DNA from: Octopus vulgaris
Lineage: Eukaryota
Assembly: GCA_951406725.2 (NCBI GenBank)
Contig: OX597831.1
Coordinates: 4,154,001-4,218,000 of the forward strand
Direction of reading: 5' to 3'
DNA length: 64,000 nucleotides
Position 1 is the stretch's first letter, and each line of letters starts with the position of its first letter. Positions 1 to 13,770 of this stretch are shown one piece after another. The position numbers and the translations under genes are program-made. The notes below the pieces were generated by a model, which was given only the letters and a program-made list of their open reading frames with translations, had not been told where the DNA came from and searched no databases.

Positions 1-83
1 TTATTCTATCGGTCTCTTTTGCCGAACCGATATGTTACGGGGCGTAAAACACATCAGCATCGATTGTCAAGCGATGTTGGGGG

Positions 84-155
<72 letters not shown>

Positions 156-294
156 GACGGGCTTCTTTCAGTTCCAAATCCAGACCAGCCCGAGGCTATA
201 GTGGAAGACACTTGCCCAAGATGCCACGCAGTGGGACTGAACCCGGAACCATGTGTTTCGTAAGCAAGCTACTTACCACACAGCCACTCCTACG

Positions 295-297
<3 letters not shown>
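1..297 (-). mobile_element. tRNA-derived SINE family A (CORE-SINE-like), 3' end outside window
   Basis: Reverse complement of head AGGCGTAGGAGTGGCTGTGTGG (A box) ... GGTTCAGTCCC (B box), then CTTGGGCAAGT (CORE-like) and an internal (TA)/(TG) microsatellite. Matches more than 15 other copies in the window. Confidence 0.9.
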
Positions 298-343
<46 letters not shown>

Positions 344-372
344 CTGTGTACGAGTGTAAGATAGTCAAGTAG

Positions 373-409
<37 letters not shown>

Positions 410-645
410 GAGTGAGCGGTAGGAATGGGGGAAGTTTGTTAAAAAAAGAGTTTCGCCTTTTGTACTACGTTCAGTTCTGTTTATTTTTTGGTCTTTCTCA
501 GTTTCTCAGACACAATTGTTCTTTATAATGAAAAGCGTTCATTCTTTTCTCACTTTTTGCTTGTCTCCGATCATCTCACTCTCACTCTCTCTCTCTCTTT
601 CACTCTCTCTCACTTTCCTTACACACACATATATGCATGCATTTA

Positions 646-880
<235 letters not shown>

Positions 881-1801
881 AAAGTTTGAGCTGTTATTGT
901 CCTCAACTGGATTTTATATATTTTTTCTTATCTCCCCCCCCCCGCTTTTTTTTTTCTGCCGGTCGGCTGGATGAGGTACCAACAGGCATATTTGACCAAA
1001 AGCATATTTAAATATAAAAAAAACAAAAAACAAAGCAAAAGAAAAAAAAAAAAACTTCATTAGCGAAAATTAAACCAACTTTCAAAGAATGGATTCAACC
1101 AGCTAAGAATTGAAGATAAGAACAGTCATGTTAATCTCAAACTTACACCATTCTCATTAATCTGTTCGCTATTCATAATTTAACTATTCTACTACAATAT
1201 TAACCCGTACGTTCTTATAAAAAGTACCTCCATTATAAGTTTCATAACTTTATAGACAATGCTTTTTCCTCTTTGCTGCCAATAATTCACATGTTTATTC
1301 ATTGGGAAACAATAATGCAAAGAAAAATCTTTAAAACACTTTAAAGGCTTATATTTGATGTTGAAATTATACAAAGATAAATTGATAGAGGACAGATTCG
1401 ACAGCGATCGTCTGTTTGTATTCCGAAACTGATCGTCTGTACGAAAATATGAAAAGAAATCCATATCTGGACTGATGTGAATAGATGTAATGCCGTTGAC
1501 ATCATGTAATGGTGTTATATATGTAGACAACACCGTCGGGAAAGATAAGAAAAACACATTTGTGTGATTAAAAAATGACCAACAGAGATAGCTGCATAGA
1601 TAAACAGACAAAAAGAAAGAAAAAAGTGAACATCAGGGAAACAGAGACATGTAGAAAGATAGAGAGAAGGAGAGGTGAGATAGAGCGTGTAAGAAAGTGA
1701 GAGAGAGAGGGAGAGAGAGGGAGAGATGGGGGAGGGAGAGAGAGAGAGAGAACTGAAACAAAATAGCTGTGTTCTGTGTTTGGTAAAGATCTTCCCACCT
1801 G

Positions 1802-2230
1802 TACGAGTTGACATGATAACCCGGTCGTCTCCATAGTAGTCAGAGACACAGTCATATCACCACAAACTAATTTATAGTTGCTTTTCATATATTTTAACCA
1901 AAACTTTACACAGGTTTCTACAATGGGTAACTCGAAACCCGATCTTTCGTACAACTATGTCTCGAGAGACCACAGTTATGTGCCATTTGTTACTCAAGAT
2001 AGAAATTATATTCAATTCGAGGGAGGCAACCTCAAGCCCTACAGTTACAGACAATTTTTACAATAGTACGGATGCGAAAATTCCGAGGCGTAATCGTTGG
2101 TGTTAGCGTAGAATTCATGGTTTGTCCTGACGCCGTATCACTTCTCTTGGTCTAAAAAAGTGCAGGATATAGGTTTGGTACAAGTTGCGCTACCTGTTGC
2201 GCCCCACTTAGTTTATCCTATATGGTACTG
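1802..2230 (+). mobile_element. Very degenerate mariner-like transposon 5' relic (tentative)
   Basis: Starts TACGAGTTGACATGATAACCCGGT, which resembles a mariner TIR. Broken frames give REATSSPTV, KFRGVIVGVSVEF..CPDAV and KLRYLLRP, resembling the mariner EAPS..TV, EF.RG..S..DE...GRP and WVPH motifs. Confidence 0.35.
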
Positions 2231-2619
2231 ACAGACATAGCGACATAGCCATCAGTAGTGGATAAGGTCACCATCAGTTATTTTCACTCAAATTTTTCTC
2301 TCTCTCTCTTTTCCTCCAGCTCTCACACCCCACCCACACCCCAAACCTCACATCCGCACACCCCTACATTTCCTCACCACACCACACACCACCGCACCAC
2401 ATCACATCACATTACCCAACACCACTCCACACACACACTAGCGCTGACCACTTCCCAGCACTTGCACCATCATCCACATACCCAAACGTTATATACAAAC
2501 TTACATATGCACACATGCACATATCCACACATGCACACATCCACACATGCACACATCCACACGTCAAAGTTTCTAACCCCTAACCACACGCACACACATA
2601 CACACACGTGCATCTTCGT

Positions 2620-2885
2620 TTTGGGATCACCAGTACTTTATTATTTCCCCTCCTTCCTATCTCTCCTGTCCAACTACTTTTTCCAACCAGTCACCATGAT
2701 TGACCGCTAAATCCACAAGTTTTTTTCCAATTCTCTCTCTGTTTATTTCCTCGTGTTCCTTTCTGCTGAAGAGCGTAGGCTCGAAACGTAAAAGGCTTTC
2801 TCACCTTTCTGAGCGTCAGGCTAATACAATTGCTTGTTGTTTATACACCTGTCTCCGTCTTTTGTTTGTCTGTAAATTTCAACTA
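2620..2885 (+). mobile_element. Penelope-like terminal-repeat / retrozyme-like segment carrying a hammerhead motif
   Basis: Contains the hammerhead fold at 2758-2795 and ends in AAC(TA)n. Shares GCTCGAAACGT..CTGAGCGTC..AAC(TA)n with 19945-20173. Confidence 0.6.
2758..2795 (+). ncRNA. Minimal type I hammerhead ribozyme motif (A6->C variant)
   Basis: CCTTT-CTGCTGA-A-GAGC(GTAG)GCTC-GAAAC-GTA-AAAGG: stem I CCTTT/AAAGG, stem II GAGC/GCTC, palindromic ACGT stem III, GUA site. Confidence 0.7.
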
Positions 2886-3488
2886 TATATATATATATGC
2901 ATGCGCACAAACGTATATGTATGTGTATATACATAGATATGTGCGCGTGTGTATGTGTTCGTGCGTGTGTGACCTTCTCTAAGAGTTTAAAATACAATTA
3001 TTTCAAATCAATTCAGTTTCATTTCGGTACTTCACATCTCACGTGCACGTATGCGAGAGTATAATTTTTCGAATCATTCTGCTTCGTTTCGTCTCGTACA
3101 TTTTGAAATAATTAGTGGGCAGGCATAAAAAGAATGCAGAACCACTGATTCAGTCATTTAATGTAAAATTCATGCTTCAATTTAGTATTTTGATAAAGAT
3201 TTATTTTAACGCACATGGAAATGCGTAAAAATATATATACATTAAAGTATGAACAAGTAATACTAAATTTAGAATTATTGTATCGAAGTTTCAGTTTTGT
3301 GATTTCTTCAGGAACATTCTGAAGACTTTTCTGAAAAAATCGTAAAATTGAAATTTGAGTCGAATGTTTCCAAATTATAATTGTGTTAGCTTTAATATTG
3401 TATTGTGCTATGGAATTCTACTATTGTATTCAGTACTGTATAATTTGCTTATTCTTGAATCATTAAAGATTCTAAAATACATACATAT

Positions 3489-3926
3489 AGACGTAGGAGT
3501 GGCTGTGTATAGGCATAGGAGTGGCTGTGTGGTAAGTAGCTTGCTTACCAGTCACATGGTTCCTGGTTCAGTCCCACTGCGTGGCTCCTTGGGCAAGTGT
3601 CTTCTACAATAGCCTCGGGCCAACCAAAGCCTTGTGAGTGGATTTGGTAGACGGAAACTGAAAGAAGCCCCTCGTATATATGTATATATATATATGTATG
3701 TGTGTGTTTGTGTGTCTGTGTTTGTCCCCCTCCCCCCACCAACATCGCTCGACAACCGATGCTGGTGTGTTTACGTCCCCGTAACTTAGCGGTTCGGCAA
3801 AATAGACCGATAGAATAAGTACTAGGCTTACAAAGAATAAGTCCTGGGGTCGATTTGCTCGACTGAAAGCGGTGCTCCAGCATGGCCACAGTCAAATGGC
3901 TGAAACAAGTAAAAGAGTAAAAGAGT
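3489..3926 (+). mobile_element. SINE family A, full length, with duplicated head
   Basis: Head repeated at 3489 and 3511; A and B boxes, internal microsatellite, (GTAAAAGA)n tail. Confidence 0.92.
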
Positions 3927-4400
3927 ATACATACATACATACATACAAACACATACAAATATACATACATACATATATACATACATAGATACATACACAC
4001 ACATACAAACATACATACATACATACTCGCACACATACATACATACATACAAACATACATACACACACAAACATACATACACATACATACAAACATACAT
4101 AGATACATGCTGGCATACATACATACACACACATACAAACATACATACATCCATACTGGCATACATACATACACACACATACAAACATACAAACATACAT
4201 ACAAACATACATACAAACATACATACAAACATACAAGCATACATACATATATACATTCATATATACATGCATATATACATACATATAAACATACACACAT
4301 ACATACATACATACATACATACATACATACATACATACACACACATACACACATACATACATACATACATACATACATACATACATACATACATGCATAC
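3927..4400. repeat. Degenerate (CATA)n microsatellite following the SINE tail
   Basis: Seen directly. Confidence 0.9.
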
Positions 4401-4595
4401 ATTTGGATCCTGAAAGGATAGAAGGAGGGAGTATTTCCAATACAGCGCTCCACCCGTGCCTGGTATTATCTACAGTCTCGGATTACAGTCTTAAGTAGAT
4501 CGAAATTCATCGGGTGTAGACAATCCAGGCGTGACACCAAGTGGGACCAATGCATAGGTTGTTTTTTTTTTTTTGTTGCCAAGAGTAAAATATAA

Positions 4596-5024
4596 TCTCT
4601 CTATATATAAACGGCAGTTTGTCTGTCTGTGTGTCTGTGTGTCTGTCAGGTTGTACCCTCACCCTGACCGCGGCTTTCAACCGATTCTGATGAAACTTGA
4701 CACACACATAGCCCAATGTCATAATTCAAAACTAACGCAGCGAAAATTTCGAAAAGTTCCCCCAGTTCTTAAAAAAATCGATAAATTCGACATGGGGTCG
4801 AGAATCTAAGCTTTTTATATGCAACACATTTTCTGTCTAGGGGACACAACTCGACAGCTAGGGACAGCTAGGAACATCGTATACACAGAAGTATTCGAGT
4901 GAAGCGAAGACATTACAACCTACACATGCGCCTTCGTTCCCTAGAGGGAAAGGACTAGATTGGGATTTGTCGTTGCCTACTAGGGGCTCTTACATACCCG
5001 GGCAACGCCGGGCTATGCTGCTAG
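4596..5024 (+). mobile_element. Non-autonomous Helitron
   Basis: 5' A|TCTCTCTATATATAAA followed by (GTCT)n; 3' hairpin CCCGG-GCAACG-CCGGG (4997-5012), then CTAG|T. Inserted between A and T with no TSD. Confidence 0.85.
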
Positions 5025-5055
5025 TACAATCTAAGAGCGCTTCATTAATGTAAGT

Positions 5056-5158
5056 CTGATGAAGAGCTACCGTGATGTTTCAAACCGCAAATACTGTGTT
5101 CCCTTTTTACACGCTTCTTGTAGCTGACATGGCGTTTGAAACAGAGTAGCTCCAAAAC
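5056..5158 (+). ncRNA. Degenerate hammerhead motif with long extended stem II
   Basis: CTGATGA-A-GAGCTAC ... GTAGCTC-CAAAAC, with inner TGTTTCAAAC/GTTTGAAACA pairing. The GAAA core is mutated. Confidence 0.45.
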
Positions 5159-5345
5159 TGACCATCAAAGATGAAACAAACTCCTTCCTTGTCCCCAGAT
5201 TCGGCTGATACACACACGCACACACAAAAATTTCAAAGCATGATTGGCACGGATTGCATAATTCGCCCGACAGTTACCTTCATTGGAAGACATATAAGAT
5301 GGCGTAATTAAATAATTTATGCATTAACTCGCCAATGTTGTTTTA

Positions 5346-5381
<36 letters not shown>

Positions 5382-5385
<4 letters not shown>

Positions 5386-5588
5386 TGTCCCCCTAGCATT
5401 GCATGACAACCGATGCTGGTGTGTTTACGTCCCCGTCACTTAGCGGTTCGGCAAAAGAGACCGATAGAATAAGTACTGGGCTTACAAAGAATAAGTCTCG
5501 GGATCGATTAGCTCGACTAAAGGCGGTGCTCCAGCATGGCCGCAGTCAAATGACTGAAACAAGTAAAAGAGTAAAAAGAGTAAAAGGG
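5382..5588 (+). mobile_element. SINE family A, 3' half
   Basis: Matches the family A 3' part through the GTAAAAGAG tail. Confidence 0.88.
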
Positions 5589-5589
5589 T

Positions 5590-6639
5590 ATATATATATA
5601 TATATATATAAAACTGAGAATGTGTGTCTGTCTGTCTGTCTGTCTGTCTGTGTGTCTGTCTGTCTGTCTGTGTGTTTCCCTAAAACTTGAGAACTACACA
5701 ACCAATTTCATTCAAATTTTACACATGCCTTACTTAGGGTCCATGCAAAAAAATGTTCAACTTCTTGCCTAGAGCGAGCCCATAGCAATATCATATCTTA
5801 TCCACTATTTCAGTATTACGTGTTAAAAGTGAAACAAAAACGTTTCTCTATTCTATGTCTGATACTTTCACTTTAACAATAAAAACAATAACAATTGAAT
5901 TATATGTAGTAAGTAATAATTAAAATCAAACTAAAGTATAATATAACAAAAGTAAAAATAGCAATTGGTATAAAATTGCATCAATGACTTGAACTTGAAT
6001 AAGTGGTTTCACGTGAATGGGAATAAATTAAAACTAAAATTAGCGTGCAGAAATGGAATAGTCCAGATGGATAATAAAAAATTAAATTGAAGAAAAGTCT
6101 ATTGTCTATAAAGTATACAATGTAGAGAAAAAAGAAGATTTGAACACCTGGAGGATAGCACCATCGAAAAGTGTCTCGGTGCGACTATGAAAGATATCTA
6201 ACCAGAGGCGGTAAATTCGCCACAATAGAAGCAAGGTTCGAGTCAACGGAGCGTGCAAGGGAGTACTCGACTCGAACTTGCAAAGTGGAAATATTTTATT
6301 TTTACCTTTATATCTGGGACGTAGGACGTGCCGGATAAAAATTTAAAATGTTCCGCCACCCCCCACCGAAGTTGAGGTTGGCTGGATTGTAGCCACACTT
6401 CTATACAAGAGGGAGGACAAGATACAATTGATCGAAATTGCAAGAGACGGGCTAACAATTCCAGTCTGTTATATATTTTGAGTATTGTTATCACTAGCGA
6501 TATCAAGATATAACTTTGTATTTTGTATTTTATGTGTAGATGTATCTATATAGATGTACATGTAATATGTACACATATATATATACACAAATATACATGC
6601 ACTAGCACTATGACCCGGCAACGACGGGTCATAATGCTA

Positions 6640-6640
<1 letters not shown>
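5590..6640 (+). mobile_element. Non-autonomous Helitron with internal cargo
   Basis: 5' (TA)nAAACTGAGAATG followed by (GTCT)n; 3' hairpin ATGACCCG-GCAACGA-CGGGTCAT, then CTAG|T at 6637-6641. Confidence 0.75.
6050..6470 (+). pseudogene. Decayed coding fragment inside the Helitron, resembling an L1/Tx1-type ORF1
   Basis: Broken frames read EEKSIVYKVYNVEKK, FEHLEDSTIEKCLG, LTRGGKFATIEARFESTERAREYSTR, LPLYLGRRTCRIKI*NVPP, EVEVGWIVATLL. Family assignment is by recall only. Confidence 0.45.
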
Positions 6641-6687
<47 letters not shown>

Positions 6688-6843
6688 TCTCTTAACAATG
6701 AAGACCAGTGAAAGAGACTTGGACGAGAGTACCCGAATTCCCTTTATAGTTTTGCTTATTGATATATAAGGATACTCGTGACCTAAATATTGGCAATGAA
6801 TCATGCAATTTAGATTTATATCACACTGTATTTATCACATTTT

Positions 6844-7931
<1,088 letters not shown>

Positions 7932-8109
7932 ACAGACGCTCATTTATATACGTACATTGCCAGTAGTAAATATGTCGGTTTACCAAAGATTATGGATGTG
8001 TCGTCGCCTGTGCTTGTGCGTTTCTGTGTGCATATACCTGTAAATGGAGCAAATAAGTTTGCTTATGAGAGCAGGCATAAGCGAATATCTGAATATAAAT
8101 GACGATTTG

Positions 8110-8830
<721 letters not shown>

Positions 8831-8938
8831 GAGGACTATTTTGACCCTCGTTTCCAACAGCAAGCAGTTTGGTCCTTTCTATGAGCAAACATCTTAAGAT
8901 GTAGCACAATATATCTTTTGGATCCGTAATTGCACACA

Positions 8939-8970
<32 letters not shown>

Positions 8971-8974
<4 letters not shown>

Positions 8975-9182
8975 TAGGAACTAATACTCTGTCCTGCTTA
9001 ACCGTTTCTGCTGCAGAATTTAAACCACTTAGCGCTGTCGTTCCCTAGATAGAACTGAAGATATATGGCATCGCTAGCTACAGGAGAATTCAACAGGATG
9101 TAATTCTTCAGAGAAGCCCTACTCCATTCTCCATCTATCTTCATATTCTCTTATAGTATGAAATGAACGAGTCGTAATCTCC
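8971..9182 (-). mobile_element. PLE-type terminal segment with a degenerate long-stem-II hammerhead, between two (TA)n tracts
   Basis: Minus strand: GCTTCT-CTGAAGA ... GAATT/AATTC, TAGCG/CGCTA and GTTC/GAAC pairings ... GAAAC-GGTT-AAGC. Confidence 0.4.
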
Positions 9183-9195
9183 ATATATATGTATG

Positions 9196-9258
<63 letters not shown>

Positions 9259-9269
9259 ATATATGTATA

Positions 9270-9359
<90 letters not shown>

Positions 9360-9622
9360 TAGATGTGTGTGTACGTATATATATGTGTGAGTGTGGGTGT
9401 ACGTATGAATATGCATCTGCTTTTTAACAAATATGTGTGTGGGTGTATATTACATATACAAACATCTAATCATATATATCGGAGATATACGCATAAATAC
9501 ATTTGTATCTATTTCCATGTCTATTCACTAGCCCGAAAGCCAGTCTGTGTCCTCTCTCTTTCTTTGTTTGTTTCTTTCTTTCTTTCTCTCTCTCTCCCTC
9601 TCTGTTTCTCTCTTTCTTCCTC

Positions 9623-9671
<49 letters not shown>

Positions 9672-9904
9672 GTACAGACACAGATAGATATATACAGAGA
9701 TACGTGCATATAAATATGTACTTATCTTTCTATGTGTATATATATATATATATATGCATATATATATATATGCGTGAGTGTGTGTACATATGTACATATA
9801 TGTATATGTGTATATATACATATATATATGTATATAAACATATGCTCACACACATATGTGCGTGTACGCACACATGCACAACATACAAATATACATACAT
9901 TCAT

Positions 9905-9956
<52 letters not shown>

Positions 9957-10180
9957 GAGGGAGATATATACGAAAAGAGAAAGGTGCTTCTATTCTTGCA
10001 CGTGTGTGATTGTAACTGAGTACGTGTTTGTGTGTGTGGGTGTGTTTGGGGGAGGTGTGTCTGCGTGGGCCTACCTTCGTGTGCGCTTGTGCGTATGCAA
10101 GGTTAACGACTGATCTTATCCAGTGCTACCAGCACATAACAGTGAACCTAGATTTGCTGCGTTAGAAATCGTGAATTATA

Positions 10181-10399
10181 CTCTTTACTCTCTTTTACTC
10201 TTTTACTTGTTTCAGTCATTTGACTGCGGCCATGCTGGAGCACCGCCTTTAGTCGATCAAATCGACCCCGGAACTTATTCTTTGTAAGCCCAGTACTTAT
10301 TCTATCGGTCTCTTTTTGCCGAACCGCTAAGTGGCGGGGACGTAGACACACCAGCATCGGTTGTCAAGCAATGCTAGGGGGACAAACACAGACACACAA

Positions 10400-10448
<49 letters not shown>

Positions 10449-10614
10449 TACGACAGGCTTCTTTCAGTTTCCGTCTACCAAATCCACTCACAAGGCATTG
10501 GTCGGCCCGGGGCTATAGCAGAAGACACTTGCCCAAGATGCCACGCAGTTGGACTGAACCCACAAACATGTGGTTGGTTAGCAAGCTACTTACCACACAG
10601 CCACTCCTGCGCCT
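10181..10614 (-). mobile_element. SINE family A, full length
   Basis: Head, CORE-like block, internal microsatellite and tail all present. Confidence 0.92.
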
Positions 10615-10689
10615 ATGTTGATAGTTTGTGAAGATAAGTAAAAGGTCCTTTATTTTGGGGACAGAACCCCATAAAAATAAGACATCAAA

Positions 10690-11162
10690 AAGTGCTGGAG
10701 CGTTAGAGAAACTGCTTTGCGGTGTTCGGTTCGGTTCTTTATACTTCGGGTTCAAACTTTTCAGGGTGAACTTTGCTTTTCGTCCTACCAGGATCGATAA
10801 ATTATAGGTGCCACTTTAGTGCTGCGATCGATGGCACAGATTAAAGCCCTCGTGCCTAAATAAGAAACCAGGATTAAAAACTACAAAGATACATTTTAGT
10901 TTGGAAGAATTGAGGTGGCGGAACCGTTAAAGCATCGGATTGAAAAGCTTAGCAGCATTTCTTCTGAGTTCATATTCCACCGAGGTCGAGTTTGTCTTTC
11001 ATCCTCTTGGGGCAGATGAAATGAGTACCAGTCGACACAGAATCGATGCAATCGATTGGCCGCTCCACCACCACCAAAAATAAAAAGGAAAATTATTCTG
11101 CAACCGTCTAGTCCCCTTCCCTCAAATTTCAGGCCTTGTAGAAATTTCAGGCCTAGTAGAAA
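10690..11162 (+). mobile_element. Two degenerate SINE family B copies in tandem
   Basis: B boxes GGGTTCAAAC and GAGTTCATATTCC, each followed by the central GAGGTCGA..TTTCATCC..GAT.AAAT.AGTACCAG-like block. Confidence 0.65.
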
Positions 11163-11435
11163 TTCTTCTTCTTCTTCTTCTTCTTCTTCTTCTTCTTCTT
11201 CTTCTTCTTCTTCTTCTTCTTCTTCTTCTTCTTCTTCTTCTTCTTCTTCTCCTCCTCCTCTTCTTCTTCTTCTTCTTCTTCTTCTTCTTCTTCTTCTTCT
11301 TCTTCTTCTTCTTCTCCTCCTCCTCCTCCTTCTTCTTCTTCTTCTTCTTCTCTTCTTCTTCTTCTTCTTCTTCTTCTTCTTCTTCTTCTTCTTCTTCTTC
11401 TTCTGCTGCTGCTGCTGCTGCTGCTCCTTCTTCTT
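11163..11435. repeat. (CTT)n tract grading into (CTC)n and (CTG)n
   Basis: Seen directly. Confidence 0.95.
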
Positions 11436-11559
11436 GATCTGGCTATCGTCCGAATGAGTCCTGGGGTCGATTTGCTCGACTAAAACCCTTCAAGGTGGTG
11501 CTTCAGCATGGCCGCTGTCAAATGACTGAAGCAAGTAAAAGAACATCTAATTCTTGAGA

Positions 11560-12210
11560 TGTTGACTATATATTTGTGCGAGTGTTTTCTAATTATTTCT
11601 AAGGCAGCCATCATTAATCTGAATCGCCTTTGTCATTGCTTCTCGAATTCTAGTTATTTCTATTTTACAATTATTATGCACGGATAATCTCACGATTTCT
11701 TTTAAAGATACATCATCGACCACTGCGGCTGAAACTTTGATAAAAATAACTCTTCCATTTTTAAAAGGTTAACTTGGACAATAAAAGGTTAACTTAGCCA
11801 ATTTATTTTTAAAAGGTTGACTTAGACAATATCCGGCGAAATAGCCTTGATATCCCTATATGTATGCATTTGTGCCTCACAGAATGTGGTTGCACGGTCG
11901 TTCTTCGGGGCGTTTTCATAATATTTATACCACCTCATTTCTGTGGGTTTCTTATATATGCGACCACGACTTCCAGTGTATGATAGTCTCATCCTTTTTA
12001 TATCCGAAATGTTAAAGACAATGTGGCTTATTCTTTCTTCTGATTCCTTCTCATAGCCAGAAGTAACTTTACATATTCACCTTTTGGCCGTCCTGATGTG
12101 TAGGACTTGATTCCCTGCTGCAATGAAGTTTGATTCCGTCCCAGCTTTATATATTTTGCTTTCTTGCATGTGTAGTGACATTTTCCTGTCTTTCATCCTT
12201 GCGGGGAGCT
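11560..12210 (-). mobile_element. Old R4/Dong-like non-LTR retrotransposon relic (C-terminal restriction-like endonuclease region)
   Basis: Broken frames KAGTESNFIAAGNQVL, QMHTYRDIKAISPDIV and FIKVSAAVVDDVSLKEIVRLS..KIEITRI parallel the motifs of the elements at 35664-38434. Confidence 0.65.
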
Positions 12211-13096
12211 CTAAAGACTTTGGATTGGATGCCTTACTGTTTGTTTTTCGGCTCTTTGCGTTCTGAGTTCAAATCCCGCCATAATCTACTTGTTTGGTAG
12301 ACTTAACCCCTTTGCCCTCTTTAATATCACCTCCTAGTACCTTAGGTAACTTTCGTGAAATTTACTCCGTTACAAACATCCGGACCAGCTTTCCATTTCT
12401 GGTGATACATTCTTCCCCCATCCACACTATCCTTCGAAACTAGGAGGAGGAGTCAATAACAAAGCAATCACTAATTAAGGTCAATATAATTATTTTTGCA
12501 TTATTGTTTTCTACTTCAGAAACAACTGAAAATGTTTATGCCGTGAGACTGTTTTTCAAATCCAATGCCCAACCCTCCTAAAGTTGTCATTACCATAGAG
12601 AAACTAAATGGGGAAGTACATCTCAACACTACAAGCTAATGTAACATAAAGCATTAAAAAAATGATAAAAATCTTTCTTGAGTCATATCGTATCATATAA
12701 CCGGTTTCTCGGTTTCCTGGTTTCCGTGGTGTGTATATAAAGTTTCCCCAGGAGGAGACGCCGTTCTGTCTCAGGGTTACTCACTTTTGCTAGCTGAGTA
12801 GACTGGAGCAACGTGAAATGATGTGTTTTGTTAAATAACACAATGCATCACCCGCTTCAGAAAACGATAGAATAAGTACAAGTATTTTTAAAAAATACGT
12901 AATGTGTTTGGTTTGATTGACTAAACTTTTTATTAAACCAAGTAAAAAATAAAATATAAAAGTTCTGATTGAAACACTTCAGATTTACCAATGAAAGCTG
13001 TCCATGGACGAAATACCTTAACTAGGTGGGATAAAGAAAATTGCACGTCGTGGCGTTCATGCACTTCCAAATATCATTAGTGATAACTTTCAATAT

Positions 13097-13500
13097 AGGC
13101 GTAGGAGTGGCTGAGTGGTAAGTAGCTTGCTTAGGAACCACATGGTTCCGGGTTCAGTCCCACTGCGTGGCAGCTTGGGCAAGTGTCTTCTACTATAGCC
13201 TCGGGCGGACCAATGCCTTTTGAGTGGATTTGGTAGACGGAAACTGAAAGAAGCCCGTCGTATATATGTATATATATGTGTATGTGAGTATATATGTTTG
13301 TGTGTCTGTGTTTGTCCCCTTCCCACCAACATCGCTTGACAACCGATGCCCCGTAACTTAGCGGTTCGGCAAAAGAGACCGATAGAATAAGTACTAGGCT
13401 TACAAAGAATAAGTCCTGGGGTCGATTTGGTCGACTAAAGACGGTGCTCTAGCATGGCCACAGTCAAATGACTGAAACAAGTAAAAGACTAAAAGAGAGT
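13097..13500 (+). mobile_element. SINE family A, full length
   Basis: Family A head through tail. Confidence 0.92.
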
Positions 13501-13527
13501 ATGAGAAGAAAAAAAACACAAAATTCT

Positions 13528-13730
13528 AAGGCGGCGGACTGGCAGGATCTACCGTTGGACAAAATGCTAAGCGGCGTCTCGTAAGTATTTTCGTCCTGGG
13601 TTCAAATTACACCGAGGTTGATTTTGCCAATTTTCCTTTCGGGGTCAATAAAACAAGAACCAGCCGACTTGTGATCGACTTATCCCCCACCCTCCACCAC
13701 GAAATTGCTAGTTTTGTACCAAAATTTGAA
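13528..13730 (+). mobile_element. SINE family B, older variant
   Basis: AAGGCGGCGGACTGGCAG head, GGGTTCAAAT B box, central domain. Confidence 0.75.
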
Positions 13731-13770
13731 GCCGAAAGCGGTGAGCCGGCAGAATTGTTAACATGCCATA

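Noticed and set aside
1192-1611. 139-aa minus-strand ORF in unique sequence
   Set aside because: No recognisable domain; the pyrimidine tract ends in ACGG rather than AG. The KSIVYKV match to 6095-6115 is short and AT-rich, so probably chance.
3280-3312. Minus-strand CTGAAGA...GAAAC
   Set aside because: No stem II or stem I pairing; not a hammerhead.
3511-3585. tRNA-like A/B-box sequences in SINE heads
   Set aside because: No complete cloverleaf; they are SINE promoters, not tRNA genes.
10361-10631. Recurrent ORFs such as [15 protein letters not shown]...[16 protein letters not shown]
   Set aside because: Antisense translations of SINE A, repeated at every copy.
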